Of a stretch of 44,471 bases of DNA, positions 8,827-18,572 are shown in pieces. The translations under genes and the position numbers were made by a program. The notes under the pieces are model-generated. The model saw nothing but the letters and a program-made list of their open reading frames with translations. It had not been told where the DNA came from and searched no databases. Numbering within the stretch: the stretch's first letter is position 1; each line of letters opens with the position of its first letter. This stretch comes from Synergistaceae bacterium (GTDB taxonomy: Bacteria; Synergistota; Synergistia; Synergistales; Synergistaceae): the NCBI GenBank assembly GCA_036771375.1, contig DAIPHL010000001.1:1-44471 (forward strand). Reading direction: 5' to 3'.

Positions 8827-9694
8827 CCCACCACTCCTCGCTCGAAAGCTCGTCCTTCACGACAAAACCCGCCTCATGGAGAGCGGGCAGAAACGTCCTT
8901 CGCTCGCCCTCGGTCATGCCGGAGAAGATGACCGTTCCACCCGGCTTCAGGTGAGAAGCGACATCCGAAAGCATCGTCAGAAGGGGATCGAGCAGGATGT
9001 TCGCGATGATCAGATCGAACTCCCCTTCCACGCCACAGAGGAGGTCCCCCGTCTCCAGAGCGATCCGGCCGGCATCGACTCCATTCAGACGGAAGTTGTT
9101 GGCAGCCCCCTCGACGACCGCGGGGTCGAGATCCCTCGACAGAACCGTGCCCGCGCCGAGCTTGAGAGAGGCGATCGTCAATATGCCGGAGCCCGTTCCG
9201 ATGTCCGCGACGTCGAACGCGCCCCGCCCGGCGTGCTCCTCGACATAATTCTCCAGCAGCCGCAGAGCGGTCTGCGTGCTCTCATGATAGCCGGTCCCAA
9301 AGGCGCTCCCCGGATTGATGTAAATGGGGATCCGCTCCGGGGACTCGGTCCCTCTATGCCAGGGAGCGAGCACGACGAGACGCCTTCCCACCGGAAGAGG
9401 GGGAAAGGCGTCCTCGCTCTGCTTCGACCAGGGTTGATTCTCTATCTTGCCCATGTCCTCGATCCTTATGTCGGGCCAGGGCTCCAGGGCGTCCATAAGC
9501 TTGTTGCGCCAAAAGGAGAGATCTTCGTCGCTGCGATAGTATACCCGCATCCGCGCCCCGTCGGGAAGCTCCTGGACCTCGGTCCCCGTACTCCCGGATA
9601 TCTCCGCCGCCGAATAAAGTATTTCCTCGCTCTCCTCCATCGTCGCATCTTCACTGCGACTGAGGACGGTTATATACCACCAGTAGTTTCCCAT
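8792..9694 (-). CDS. prmA: ribosomal protein L11 methyltransferase PrmA
   Basis: ORF trimmed to the ATG at 9694 (MGNYWWYITV), with AAAGGAGG upstream. SAM-binding motif DIGTGSGILTIASLKLGA. Follows dnaJ as in Bacillus. Confidence 0.85.
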   Translation of the reverse strand: MGNYWWYITVLSRSEDATMEESEEILYSAAEISGSTGTEVQELPDGARMRVYYRSDEDLSFWRNKLMDALEPWPDIRIEDMGKIENQPWSKQSEDAFPPLPVGRRLVVLAPWHRGTESPERIPIYINPGSAFGTGYHESTQTALRLLENYVEEHAGRGAFDVADIGTGSGILTIASLKLGAGTVLSRDLDPAVVEGAANNFRLNGVDAGRIALETGDLLCGVEGEFDLIIANILLDPLLTMLSDVASHLKPGGTVIFSGMTEGERRTFLPALHEAGFVVKDELSSEEWWGVAAQSTPRTM

Positions 9695-9776
9695 GCGAGG
9701 CTCGCCTCCTTTCCTCATCCCCCCCATTTTACAACATGTTTCGGTTCGCTCCTCGCAAGCGGGAAGGCGAAGCCGG

Positions 9777-10934
9777 TCAACCGGAGAACTTGTCCTTCAA
9801 TTTGTCGAAAAGACCCTTGCCGTTTGCGACCTCGACGTTCATCTCTCTCGCGAGCTCCGCCATGAGCAACCGTCCTTTCTCCGACAGGTTCTTGGGAACG
9901 CCGACCCGCACATGGATATAGAGATCTCCCTTGCCGGTGCCCTTGAGCTTCGGCATTCCGCGGTTCTTGATCCGCAGGGTGGAGCCCGGTTGGGTGCCCG
10001 CGGGAATATCGAGCTTCTCGACACCGTCAAAGGTCTCGATCGAGACGCTCGCGCCAAGCGCCGCCTGGGGAACGGCAATATCGACCTTCGTATGCAGGTC
10101 GGAGCCCTCCCTCTGGAAACGCTTGTCGGACGCGACCTCCAGGAGAATGAAAAGGTCCCCCGCCGGGCCGCCGTTCACGCCGGCCTCACCCTCTCCCGTC
10201 ACACGGAGCCTCGTCCCGGTGTCCACGCCCGGTGGAATCTTGACGTCGAGCTTGCGCGTCCTGCGCACCCGCCCCTGTCCCCTGCACTCCGTACAGGGCG
10301 TGTTGACAACCTTGCCGGTTCCCCTGCACCTCGTGCAGGGCACCACCTGCAAGATCTGGCCGAATGGCGTGCTCGCGGCCCGCTCGACCTGCCCCTTGCC
10401 TCCACAGGACGAACAGGTCTCGACCTTCGAGCCGGGCTCCGCTCCGCTTCCGGAGCAGCGCGAACAGTTTTCCTCGCGCGGGATCTCCACCTCCCGCTTC
10501 GCGCCTCGGTAGGCCGTCTCCAGGGTGATGCGCATGGACATCTCCAGGTTCGATCCCCGGCGGGGTGCATTCGGGTTCGCACGGCCACGCCCCATGCCCC
10601 CGCCGAAAAAGTTGTCGAAAATATCGCCGAAGATGTCCCCGCCCATTCCGCCGAAGAACGGTTCCCCCCCGTAACCGGAACCCGGAGGAGGCGCGTCCCC
10701 GACGAAACCGAACTGGTCGTACTGCGCTCTCTTCTGGGGATCGCCGAGGACTTCGTTCGCCTCGTTGATCTCCTTGTATTTGCGCTCGGCATCCTCGTTG
10801 CCCGGGTTCGCGTCCGGATGGTACTTCCTCGTAAGCTTCCTGTATGCCTTCTTGATCTCGTCCGCCGTAGCGTTCCGAGGCACACCCAGAACTTCGTAAT
10901 AATCTTTTTTGCCCGGTGTTGCCACGGCACTCAC
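9777..10934 (-). CDS. dnaJ: molecular chaperone DnaJ
   Basis: J domain (DYYEVLGV...YHPD), G/F-rich region and four CxxCxGxG zinc motifs ([32 protein letters not shown]). The true start may be GTG 10925, since GAGGTGA includes the 10934 GTG. Confidence 0.95.
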   Translation of the reverse strand: MSAVATPGKKDYYEVLGVPRNATADEIKKAYRKLTRKYHPDANPGNEDAERKYKEINEANEVLGDPQKRAQYDQFGFVGDAPPPGSGYGGEPFFGGMGGDIFGDIFDNFFGGGMGRGRANPNAPRRGSNLEMSMRITLETAYRGAKREVEIPREENCSRCSGSGAEPGSKVETCSSCGGKGQVERAASTPFGQILQVVPCTRCRGTGKVVNTPCTECRGQGRVRRTRKLDVKIPPGVDTGTRLRVTGEGEAGVNGGPAGDLFILLEVASDKRFQREGSDLHTKVDIAVPQAALGASVSIETFDGVEKLDIPAGTQPGSTLRIKNRGMPKLKGTGKGDLYIHVRVGVPKNLSEKGRLLMAELAREMNVEVANGKGLFDKLKDKFSG

Positions 10935-10952
10935 CTCTTCGTGTTACTGATT

Positions 10953-12803
10953 CTACTTGTTCTCGGACTCCGAAAAATCGGCATCCACCGTCGAGCCAGA
11001 ATCGTCGGCATCGGACACCACCTCGGTCTCCGGCGCGACGTTCTGGCCGCCCTGGGCTTCCTGAGCCTGGGCGTAGAGTTTCTGCGCGATCGGATGCATC
11101 GCCGTGGCGAGCTCCTCCTTGAGCGCGTTCAGCCGGGACACGTCATCGCTCTCCATCGCCTCGCGGAGAGAGCGGATCTTCTCCTCGACGGCGCCTTTTT
11201 CCTCCGCCGTGACCTTGTCCTCGAGGTCCTTCAACGTCTTTTCCGCGTTGTACGCCAGAGAGTCCGCCTCGTTGCGCGCCTCGATCAGCTCCTTCTTGCG
11301 CTTGTCCTCGTCCTCGTGGGTCTCCGCGTCCCTGCGCATCTTCTCGATGTCGGCGTCGGTCAGGCGCGAGGATTGGATGGTGATGTTCTGGGCCTTCCCG
11401 GTTCCCTTGTCCTTCGCCGTCACGTTGACGATGCCGTTCGCGTCGATATCGAAGGTGACCTCGATCTGCGGAATGCCCCTCGGTGCCGGAGGAATCCCGT
11501 CGAGCGTGAACTTGCCGAGCGAGACGTTGTCCGCGGCCATGGCCCTCTCCCCCTGGAGCACGTGCACCTCCACCTGCGGCTGGTTGTCCGCCGCGGTCGT
11601 GAAGATCTGGCTCTTCGACGAAGGAATCGCCGTGTTGCGCTCGATGATCTTCGTGAAGACGCCGCCCATCGTCTCGAGCCCAAGGGAGAGAGGAGTGACG
11701 TCCACGAGCACGATGTCCTTGTGTTCGCCGGAGAGGACCGCACCCTGAATGGCGGCGCCCACGGCGACGCATTCATCGGGGTTGATGCCCTTCGTCGGCT
11801 CCTTGCCCAGGAGCTCCTTGACCTTTTTCTGGATCATCGGCATACGGGTGGAGCCTCCGACGAGAAGAATCTTGTCTATCTCGGACGCCTTCAGGTTCGC
11901 GTCCTTCAGGGCGTTCTGGGTCGGCCTGACCACACGCTCGGTCAGCTCCCTCGTCAGATCCTCGAACTTCGCCCTCGTCAGGGTCAGCTCGAGGTGTTTC
12001 GGACCGTTCTGGTCGGCCGTGATGAACGGAAGCGAGATCGTCGTCTCCGCCATGGAGGAGAGCTCCACCTTCGCCTTCTCGGCCGCCTCCCGCAGGCGCT
12101 GTACCGCCATGCGGTCCTTCTTGAGATCGACCCCGTCGCTCTTCTTGAACTCGTCGGCCATCCAGTCGACGACCTTGTTGTCCCAGTCGTCTCCCCCGAG
12201 CTGATTGTCTCCCGACGTCGCGAGAACCTCGAAAACGCCGTCGCCCACGTCGAGTATCGAAACATCGAAGGTGCCGCCGCCGAGGTCGAACACGAGGATC
12301 TTATGCTCCCCCTCCTTGTCGGCCCCGTACGCGAGGCAGGCCGCCGTCGGCTCGTTGATGACCCTGAGCACGTCGAGCCCCGCGATGATCCCGGCGTCCT
12401 TCGTCGCCTGACGCTGTGCGTCGGTGAAGTACGCGGGACACGTGATGACGGCGTGGGAGACCGTCGTGCCCAGATATTCCTCCGCATCCCTCTTGAGCTT
12501 CTGGAGGATCATCGCGGAGATCTCCTGCGGACTGTAGGACTTGTCATCTATCTTCACCTTGTAGTCGCTGCCCATCCTCCGCTTGATGGAGATGACGGTG
12601 CGATCCGTGTTGACGATGGCCTGACGCTTGGCAAGCTGCCCCACCAGGCGTTCGTTGTCCTTCGTGAAGGCCACCACCGACGGCGTCGTCCGGCTCCCCT
12701 CGGAGTTTGGAATGACCGTGACGTTGTCCCCTTCCTTCACCGCCACACAGCTGTTCGTAGTTCCCAGATCGATTCCGATTACCTTTCCCGTTATCTTTGC
12801 CAT
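10953..12803 (-). CDS. dnaK: molecular chaperone DnaK
   Basis: [41 protein letters not shown] and a full substrate-binding domain and lid. ATG 12803 is preceded by GGAAGGAAGGGA with 6-nt spacing. Confidence 0.97.
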   Translation of the reverse strand: MAKITGKVIGIDLGTTNSCVAVKEGDNVTVIPNSEGSRTTPSVVAFTKDNERLVGQLAKRQAIVNTDRTVISIKRRMGSDYKVKIDDKSYSPQEISAMILQKLKRDAEEYLGTTVSHAVITCPAYFTDAQRQATKDAGIIAGLDVLRVINEPTAACLAYGADKEGEHKILVFDLGGGTFDVSILDVGDGVFEVLATSGDNQLGGDDWDNKVVDWMADEFKKSDGVDLKKDRMAVQRLREAAEKAKVELSSMAETTISLPFITADQNGPKHLELTLTRAKFEDLTRELTERVVRPTQNALKDANLKASEIDKILLVGGSTRMPMIQKKVKELLGKEPTKGINPDECVAVGAAIQGAVLSGEHKDIVLVDVTPLSLGLETMGGVFTKIIERNTAIPSSKSQIFTTAADNQPQVEVHVLQGERAMAADNVSLGKFTLDGIPPAPRGIPQIEVTFDIDANGIVNVTAKDKGTGKAQNITIQSSRLTDADIEKMRRDAETHEDEDKRKKELIEARNEADSLAYNAEKTLKDLEDKVTAEEKGAVEEKIRSLREAMESDDVSRLNALKEELATAMHPIAQKLYAQAQEAQGGQNVAPETEVVSDADDSGSTVDADFSESENK

Positions 12804-12852
12804 CGTAAATCCCTTCCTTCCCAATCTACGTTACAAAATCGACATGATTGCA

Positions 12853-13449
12853 TCATTTCGAGGCCTTCCGCCCCACTCTCACCTGGGCTGCCCGCAGAAC
12901 CTTGTCGCCGAGCATATACCCTCTGTGAAGCTCCTCCACAATGGTGCCATCCCTGTCGTCCTCGACCTCGACGACCGCGACGGCATCGTGAAAAGACGGG
13001 TCGAACGGACCGCCGCAGTCGATCACCGCAAGCCCCAGACCTTGAAGCGTCGAGAAAAACTGGCGCTGGACCATCTCAACCCCTTTGAAGAGCGGGGACG
13101 CCTTGTCCTCCACGGCTTTCAGAGCCCGTTCGAGGTTGTCCATAACCGGAAGCAGTGCGTCCACGGCCTGTTCGGCCGCGAGCGTCCTGTCCCTGGCCCG
13201 ATCTCTTTCCACACGGGTCCTGTAATTGTAAAAATCGGCTTTCGCCCTCGCCGCCTCGTCCCTGTATTCGGCCATGAGGCGCTCGGCCTCGTCGAGACGC
13301 TTTTGCAGCGCATCGACTTCGACAACCGCCTCTTTCTTCGGCTCCTCCGGGACTCCGTCGGACGAGGTTTCCCGCCGAATATCCCCGGTGCTTCCTTCGC
13401 CGGGCTCGCTACGCGGAAGGTCCCCGTCCCTCTTCTTTCTACCGGACAT
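12853..13449 (-). CDS. grpE: nucleotide exchange factor GrpE
   Basis: Charged N-terminus, coiled coil and a GrpE C-terminal beta domain (HDAVAVVEVEDDRDGTIVEELHRGYMLGDKVLRAAQVRV). ATG 13449 is preceded by GGAGG with 7-nt spacing, just after the hrcA TGA. Confidence 0.9.
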   Translation of the reverse strand: MSGRKKRDGDLPRSEPGEGSTGDIRRETSSDGVPEEPKKEAVVEVDALQKRLDEAERLMAEYRDEAARAKADFYNYRTRVERDRARDRTLAAEQAVDALLPVMDNLERALKAVEDKASPLFKGVEMVQRQFFSTLQGLGLAVIDCGGPFDPSFHDAVAVVEVEDDRDGTIVEELHRGYMLGDKVLRAAQVRVGRKASK

Positions 13450-13451
13450 TC

Positions 13452-14474
13452 TCATTCCTCCACTTCGTCGTTGCACTCGACCAGATCCTGCAAAACACGG
13501 TCGAGAACGGAGATGACTTTCTCGTAATTCATTCTCTTCGGCCCGATGACCCCCAACATGGTACGTTCACCCTCGGTGGTCGTGGAGGACATCACGACGG
13601 AGCAGTTCCGCATCTCCGGCATCTCGTGCTCCTCCCCGATAACCACCTTGATCCCCTCCGGATCGCTGCACTTGCGTATCAGCTCGACGAGGCTGCTCTC
13701 CTGCTCCAGGACGGAGAAAAGCGCTTTGAACCGCCCGATATCCTGAAAATCGGGAACGTTGAAGAGATTCCCGAGCGACCCGGTGAAAAGCGTCGTGCTG
13801 TCGCCCGCCAGGATGTCGTCCAGCTCGTCGAGGGCGGACTTGCAGGACTCGGCGTATCGACCGAGCTCGTTGGATATGTGCCTCTGCAATATCGTGCGCA
13901 CCTCGCCCCACTCGTGTCCGGAGAGGGTATTGATCCTGCGGGCCAGATCCTCAAGCGAATCCTGTGAAAGATCTGCCGGCAGGGAGATCATCTTGTGATG
14001 CACGATGCCTCCGTCGAGGATCAAAAGCAGCAGGATGTTGGACGAGTCCACGCGGATAAAGTCGATCTTGTTCAACCGCGCCTGGCGCAATTGGGTCACC
14101 GCCGCGACGCCGACGTAGTTCGACATCTTCGTCAAAAGCTCCGAGGCCGAGGCGAGAGCCCCCGCGACGCCATCGCGATGTGCCCTGAGGTGGTCCATCC
14201 ACTCCCTGCGGACGTGATTCTTCTCCGCGCGACGCTGCAAAACGGTATCGACGAAGAGCCGGTACGCCATCGTGGTCGGGACCCGCCCCGCCGACGTATG
14301 GGGCTGCGTCAGATAGCCCATGTCGTCGAGATCGGCCATCTCGTTTCGGATGGTCGCAGCGCTCCTCCCCTTGAGGTAACGCTTCGAAACCGTTCTGGAA
14401 CCGACGTGTTCGCCGCTTTCGATGAACTCGTATACAACCGAGAGAAGCACCTCGAGCTGGCGCTCCGTCAACAT
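13452..14474 (-). CDS. hrcA: heat-inducible transcription repressor HrcA
   Basis: N-terminal winged helix (LTERQLEVLLSVVYEFIESGEHVGSRTVSK), about 340 aa, first gene of the dnaK operon directly downstream of CIRCE. ATG 14474 is 6 nt after GAGGGAGGG. Confidence 0.9.
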   Translation of the reverse strand: MLTERQLEVLLSVVYEFIESGEHVGSRTVSKRYLKGRSAATIRNEMADLDDMGYLTQPHTSAGRVPTTMAYRLFVDTVLQRRAEKNHVRREWMDHLRAHRDGVAGALASASELLTKMSNYVGVAAVTQLRQARLNKIDFIRVDSSNILLLLILDGGIVHHKMISLPADLSQDSLEDLARRINTLSGHEWGEVRTILQRHISNELGRYAESCKSALDELDDILAGDSTTLFTGSLGNLFNVPDFQDIGRFKALFSVLEQESSLVELIRKCSDPEGIKVVIGEEHEMPEMRNCSVVMSSTTTEGERTMLGVIGPKRMNYEKVISVLDRVLQDLVECNDEVEE

Positions 14475-14509
14475 CCCCATCCCTCCCTCTGTTGCGGTGT
14501 TCCGGCCTA

Positions 14510-14536
14510 TTAGCACTCATTCGATGCGAGTGCTAA
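14510..14536 (-). promoter_or_regulatory. CIRCE operator (HrcA binding site)
   Basis: Perfect TTAGCACTC-N9-GAGTGCTAA inverted repeat between the predicted promoter and hrcA. Confidence 0.95.
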
Positions 14537-14555
14537 GCACTCGCACAACAAAAAA

Positions 14556-14584
14556 AGATTATCAGGCTATTTGCCAATTGTCAA
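14556..14584 (-). promoter_or_regulatory. candidate sigma-70 promoter of the hrcA-dnaK operon
   Basis: Minus strand reads TTGACA (14584-14579), 17 nt, TAATCT (14561-14556). CIRCE begins about 20 nt downstream. Confidence 0.6.
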
Positions 14585-14812
14585 GACAAGTCAAATTATT
14601 TTCCTCTTCTTTTTTCATCGATCACCTCACCACCGAGTCCACCTCGCACGCCGACTGCAAAAAACGTCGCGGCAAGCCCCATGTCCGTCTATTCTCTTTT
14701 TTCGTCAGTCAAAAAGTCTTGGAGAAATGCGCATATTTGCCTCGCAAGCGACTTCCGTTTTTATGTATGATATCGACGAACCATCCACAAATCACTCAAG
14801 GGGGTTTTACGA

Positions 14813-15325
14813 ATGGAACGCACCGGTATAACCAAGATGAAAGGCAATCCCGTCACGCTGGTCGGAAACATCCTGGAGATCGGAGATAATGTCTCCGACT
14901 TCACTGTTCTGACCAGCGGGCTTGCTCCCAAGCGGCTTGCGGACTTCGAAGGCAAGGTCAAGCTCATCTCGGTCACACCCTCGCTCGACACGCCCGTATG
15001 CGACGCACAGCTTCACTGGTTCAACGAAGAGGCCGCCAAACAACCCGGCGACGTCGTCGTGATCAACGTGAGCATGGACCTGCCCTTCGCCATCAAACGC
15101 TTCTGTGCGACAGAGGACATCGACCGGGTAGAGACCCTCTCCGATCACCGCGACGCATCGTTCGGAAACGCCTTCGGCGTTCTCATGAAGGAGCTTCGTC
15201 TGCTTGCCCGCTCGCTCTTCGTCGTGGACAGGGAGAACGTCGTCCGCTACATTCAGATCGTCCCGGAGCAGACGGAGGAACCGAACTACGAAGAAGCATT
15301 GGAAGCCCTGAAGAAAGTCCTCTGA
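14813..15325 (+). CDS. tpx: thiol peroxidase (atypical 2-Cys peroxiredoxin Tpx)
   Basis: 170 aa. Motif SVTPSLDTPVCDAQ with the peroxidatic Cys, and overall Tpx layout. AAGGGGG lies 8 nt upstream of the ATG. Confidence 0.9.
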   Translation: MERTGITKMKGNPVTLVGNILEIGDNVSDFTVLTSGLAPKRLADFEGKVKLISVTPSLDTPVCDAQLHWFNEEAAKQPGDVVVINVSMDLPFAIKRFCATEDIDRVETLSDHRDASFGNAFGVLMKELRLLARSLFVVDRENVVRYIQIVPEQTEEPNYEEALEALKKVL

Positions 15326-15602
15326 CGACTTCGGTGAACCCGGCTCCGGCCGAACCGAACGATCCCGGGCGCAGCCCCGCAGATCGACACGGGGCCTTGC
15401 GCCCGCTGCATGGATGAAGAAAAAGGAGCTCTTCTTTCTTTCGATGCGTTTCCTTTTCCCCATATACGCCTCTCACGCATCGATCTTCACAAACCCTCGT
15501 TATATGTTAGAGTATACGAGAAAGGTCTTTATCGAAAAGGCTTTCGATCATGTGTGTTACCTTTCTTCATGACAAAGGTGTCGCAATACGGAGGGAGTTT
15601 TC

Positions 15603-15827
15603 TTGAGTAGGGCTTTTGTAAAAGAGGACGACGGCGAACTCACCAGCTTCAGAGCCGACGAAGAGCACGACAGAAAAACCGCGGAGTGGCTGCGCTTGCA
15701 GGAGAAAAAGCTGGACTTTCTCCTGAACGATCCCAAGGGGAAAGCGATCGATCCCGAAAAACGCGAGAAATGGATCGCCGAAACGAGACAAGCCATAGAA
15801 AAAGCGGGGGAGAAGCGGGAAGAGTGA
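15603..15827 (+). CDS. small charged hypothetical protein, 74 aa
   Basis: TTG start preceded by ACGGAGGGAG. Product is MSRAFVKEDDGELTS..., highly charged and helical. No C-terminal domain follows in any frame. Confidence 0.5.
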   Translation: MSRAFVKEDDGELTSFRADEEHDRKTAEWLRLQEKKLDFLLNDPKGKAIDPEKREKWIAETRQAIEKAGEKREE

Positions 15828-15887
15828 CCGGGAGAGAAACATCCCGCGACGATCACGCAGGAGCGCGATCCTTTTCGACCTGTAAGC

Positions 15888-15896
15888 TGCTATAAT
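15888..15896 (+). promoter_or_regulatory. candidate extended -10 promoter (TGcTATAAT) upstream of the fructose PTS operon
   Basis: Perfect TATAAT at 15891-15896 with TG at 15888-15889. No convincing -35. Confidence 0.35.
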
Positions 15897-16040
15897 TGAT
15901 TCGTACCCTATACGCTCGACGATGCCGGAGCCTCGGGCTTCGTTTTTCTGAAGTTCGCGGCGCTTTCCCTCTCTCCCGACAGACGTTCTCCCCATGTATG
16001 TCGGATCGTTTTTTCACCATCGTAAGAGGAGGTCTTTTCG

Positions 16041-18572
16041 GTGCCGGACAAACAGTTGCCCCTCGTTTCAGACGCACTCGTCAAAACGGGTGCGTCACCC
16101 ACAGACAAGGAATCCGCGATCCGTGAGGCAGGAGAACTGCTCTTCCTGGGCGGATACGTCGAGCGGCCGTACATCGAGAGCATGCTCGCACGAGAGAAAG
16201 TGGCCAACACCTTCCTGGGGGCCGGGGTCGCCATCCCACACGGCAAGGTCGAGGACAAAGGGTATGTAAAGAGCGACGGCATCTCGGTTTTGCAGGTACC
16301 CGGCGGGGTCGAATGGAACCCCGGACAGACCGTCCGACTCGTGGTCGGTATCGCCGCCAGATCGGACGGACACCTAGCCATCCTGCGGCGTCTGACCCGG
16401 CTCATCAACGAAGAAACGCTGATCGAACGCCTCTCCACCACCGAGGACCGCTCCCTTCTCACGGAGACGCTGTCACGCGAAAGCGCGGACGGAGAAAAAT
16501 CCAAAGAACGTGTTTCGGACCTCGACGTCAAACTCGAATGGACGCTCGATTACCCGTCCGGTCTGCACGCACGCCCCGCTTCACTCTGGGTCAACGCGGC
16601 CCAATCATGGGAAGGCCCGCTGCAAATCCGCCGCGGCGACGAAACGGCGGATCCCAGAAACCTGGTCTCCCTCCTCCAGCTCGGCATCAAGGCCGGAGAT
16701 ACGATCGTCATATCCGCCGACGGGCCCGGCGCGGAGGAAACCGTCCGCCGTTTTCGAGACACGATGGCGAGCCTGTCGGCACAGGAGAAGGACGATTTCG
16801 AAAAGGCGGCGCAAAGGGCCGAGCGCGCGGCGAAGACGAGAAAAAACGCGTGGATGCCTCCGAGCGGCAGGACCCCTCTCGCAGGCGTATCGGCGAGCCC
16901 CGGCCTCGCCATAGGAAAGGTCCTCAAGGTCTTCACCCGTAAAATCGACGCGGAGGACGAACCGGCATCGCTCCGGGAATCGGCGAAGTTTCTGGACGCG
17001 GCCATCGACGAAGTGAAACGGCAGCTGGACGACGTCATCGAGGAGACGGTACAGCGAATCGGACAGAACGAGGCGGCGATCTTCCGGGCCCATCTCGGCA
17101 TTCTGGAGGACACAAGGCTTCTTTCCCTCGCGGCGAAAGAGATCGTGGCGGGACACGGTGCGGCATGGGCGTGGAACAACGCCGTCGAAACGCTCGCGAA
17201 CGAGCTGTCCGCAATAGACAACCAACTCCTCGCGGCAAGAGCCGCGGACATGAGGGACGTCGGACGAAGGGTCCTCTTTGCGCTTACAGCGGCCGGCGCG
17301 GATGACGAGTCGAAGAAGAGCGGGGACGGTTCCGACTCCCCCATCGTCATCGTCGCGGAAGACCTCTTTCCGTCGGACACCGCGGGACTCGACAGAAAGC
17401 GCGTCGCGGCTCTCGCGACGGCGCTGGGGGGACCGACGTCGCACACCGCGATCATCGCACGGACGCTCGGTCTTCCGGCGGTCGTCGCGGTCGGACGAGC
17501 CCTTTTGAAGACCCCCGGGGAGACGGCGATCGTCGACGGAGACACCGGACGCGTCTGGCTGGGACCGACCGACGAAGACATCGCCTCCGCGCAGGAGTGG
17601 CTGCAAAGACTCCGTGAAAAAGAGGAAAAAGAACGCGCGGCCCGACGCGAACCCGGAAAGACTGCCGACGGACATCCCGTCATCGTCGCGGCGAACGTCA
17701 ACCGGCCCGATCAGGCGGCGGAGGCGTTGGATATGGGCTGCGAGGGCGTCGGACTGATGCGAACGGAATTTCTCTTTCTCGAACAGGGATCGACGCCGTC
17801 CGAGGACGAGCAGTACGAGACGTATCGGGCCATGTTGGATTCGTTCGAAACGCTGCCGATCGTCGTCCGGGCCCTGGATATCGGCGGAGACAAACAGGCT
17901 CCCCATCTGGAGCTCCCACACGAGGAGAACCCCTTTCTCGGCGTGCGTGGCATCCGGCTGCTGCTTCGACGCCCGGATCTCCTCTATCCACAGCTCCGAG
18001 CGCTCTATCGTGCCGCGATGGGCGGCGGAAACCTCTCCTTGATGTTCCCGATGGTCGGCACCATCGAGGAGACACGACGTTTCCGCGGCATATGCGAGGA
18101 GATCCGCGCATCCCTGAATGCGCCTCGAATACCGCTCGGAATCATGGTCGAGGTTCCATCCGCCGCCCTTCTTGCGGACAAATTCGCGCAGGAGGTGGAC
18201 TTTCTGTCGATCGGAACCAACGATCTCACCCAGTACACCCTGGCCGTAGACCGTCAGAACCCGGAACTCGCCGTCTCCGCGGATTCCCTGCATCCGGCCG
18301 TCCTGCACCTGATCAAAAAGACGGTCGACGGGGCGGAAAGACACGGCAAGTGGGTCGGAGTCTGCGGGGGCATCGCAGGAGATCCCTTTGGCGCGTCGCT
18401 TCTGGTCGGCCTCGGCGTCACCGAGCTCTCCATGACCCCCAGAGACATTCCCGCCGTAAAGGCGCGCCTGCGCACAAGCGACTACGGCAAACTCAGGGAG
18501 ACGGCAAAACGGGCGTTGGCGCTCGACAGTGCCGAGGCGGTAAGAAGCCTGGACGAGGAGGCCGCGATATGA
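16041..18572 (+). CDS. fruB: multiphosphoryl transfer protein: PTS EIIA(Fru/Mtl type)-HPr-Enzyme I fusion
   Basis: 843 aa. EIIA-2 motif GAGVAIPHG, HPr-like GLHARPAS, EI active site GGPTSHTAIIARTLGLPAVV and a PEP-utilising C-terminal domain. GTG start preceded by AAGAGGAGG. Confidence 0.9.
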   Translation: MPDKQLPLVSDALVKTGASPTDKESAIREAGELLFLGGYVERPYIESMLAREKVANTFLGAGVAIPHGKVEDKGYVKSDGISVLQVPGGVEWNPGQTVRLVVGIAARSDGHLAILRRLTRLINEETLIERLSTTEDRSLLTETLSRESADGEKSKERVSDLDVKLEWTLDYPSGLHARPASLWVNAAQSWEGPLQIRRGDETADPRNLVSLLQLGIKAGDTIVISADGPGAEETVRRFRDTMASLSAQEKDDFEKAAQRAERAAKTRKNAWMPPSGRTPLAGVSASPGLAIGKVLKVFTRKIDAEDEPASLRESAKFLDAAIDEVKRQLDDVIEETVQRIGQNEAAIFRAHLGILEDTRLLSLAAKEIVAGHGAAWAWNNAVETLANELSAIDNQLLAARAADMRDVGRRVLFALTAAGADDESKKSGDGSDSPIVIVAEDLFPSDTAGLDRKRVAALATALGGPTSHTAIIARTLGLPAVVAVGRALLKTPGETAIVDGDTGRVWLGPTDEDIASAQEWLQRLREKEEKERAARREPGKTADGHPVIVAANVNRPDQAAEALDMGCEGVGLMRTEFLFLEQGSTPSEDEQYETYRAMLDSFETLPIVVRALDIGGDKQAPHLELPHEENPFLGVRGIRLLLRRPDLLYPQLRALYRAAMGGGNLSLMFPMVGTIEETRRFRGICEEIRASLNAPRIPLGIMVEVPSAALLADKFAQEVDFLSIGTNDLTQYTLAVDRQNPELAVSADSLHPAVLHLIKKTVDGAERHGKWVGVCGGIAGDPFGASLLVGLGVTELSMTPRDIPAVKARLRTSDYGKLRETAKRALALDSAEAVRSLDEEAAI

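Noticed and set aside
9693-13088. 1131-aa plus-strand ORF spanning dnaJ, dnaK and part of grpE on the opposite strand. Similar long shadows occur at 208-1902, 5776-7092, 16605-18344, 31838-35134 and 36445-38262.
   Set aside because: Its codons are in register with the minus-strand codons of dnaJ and dnaK (both end coordinates are 2 mod 3). Plus-strand stops would therefore need the sense codons TTA, CTA or TCA, which are rare in this GC3-rich genome. The products are R/G/P/L/D-rich with no protein-like pattern. These are antisense shadow ORFs.
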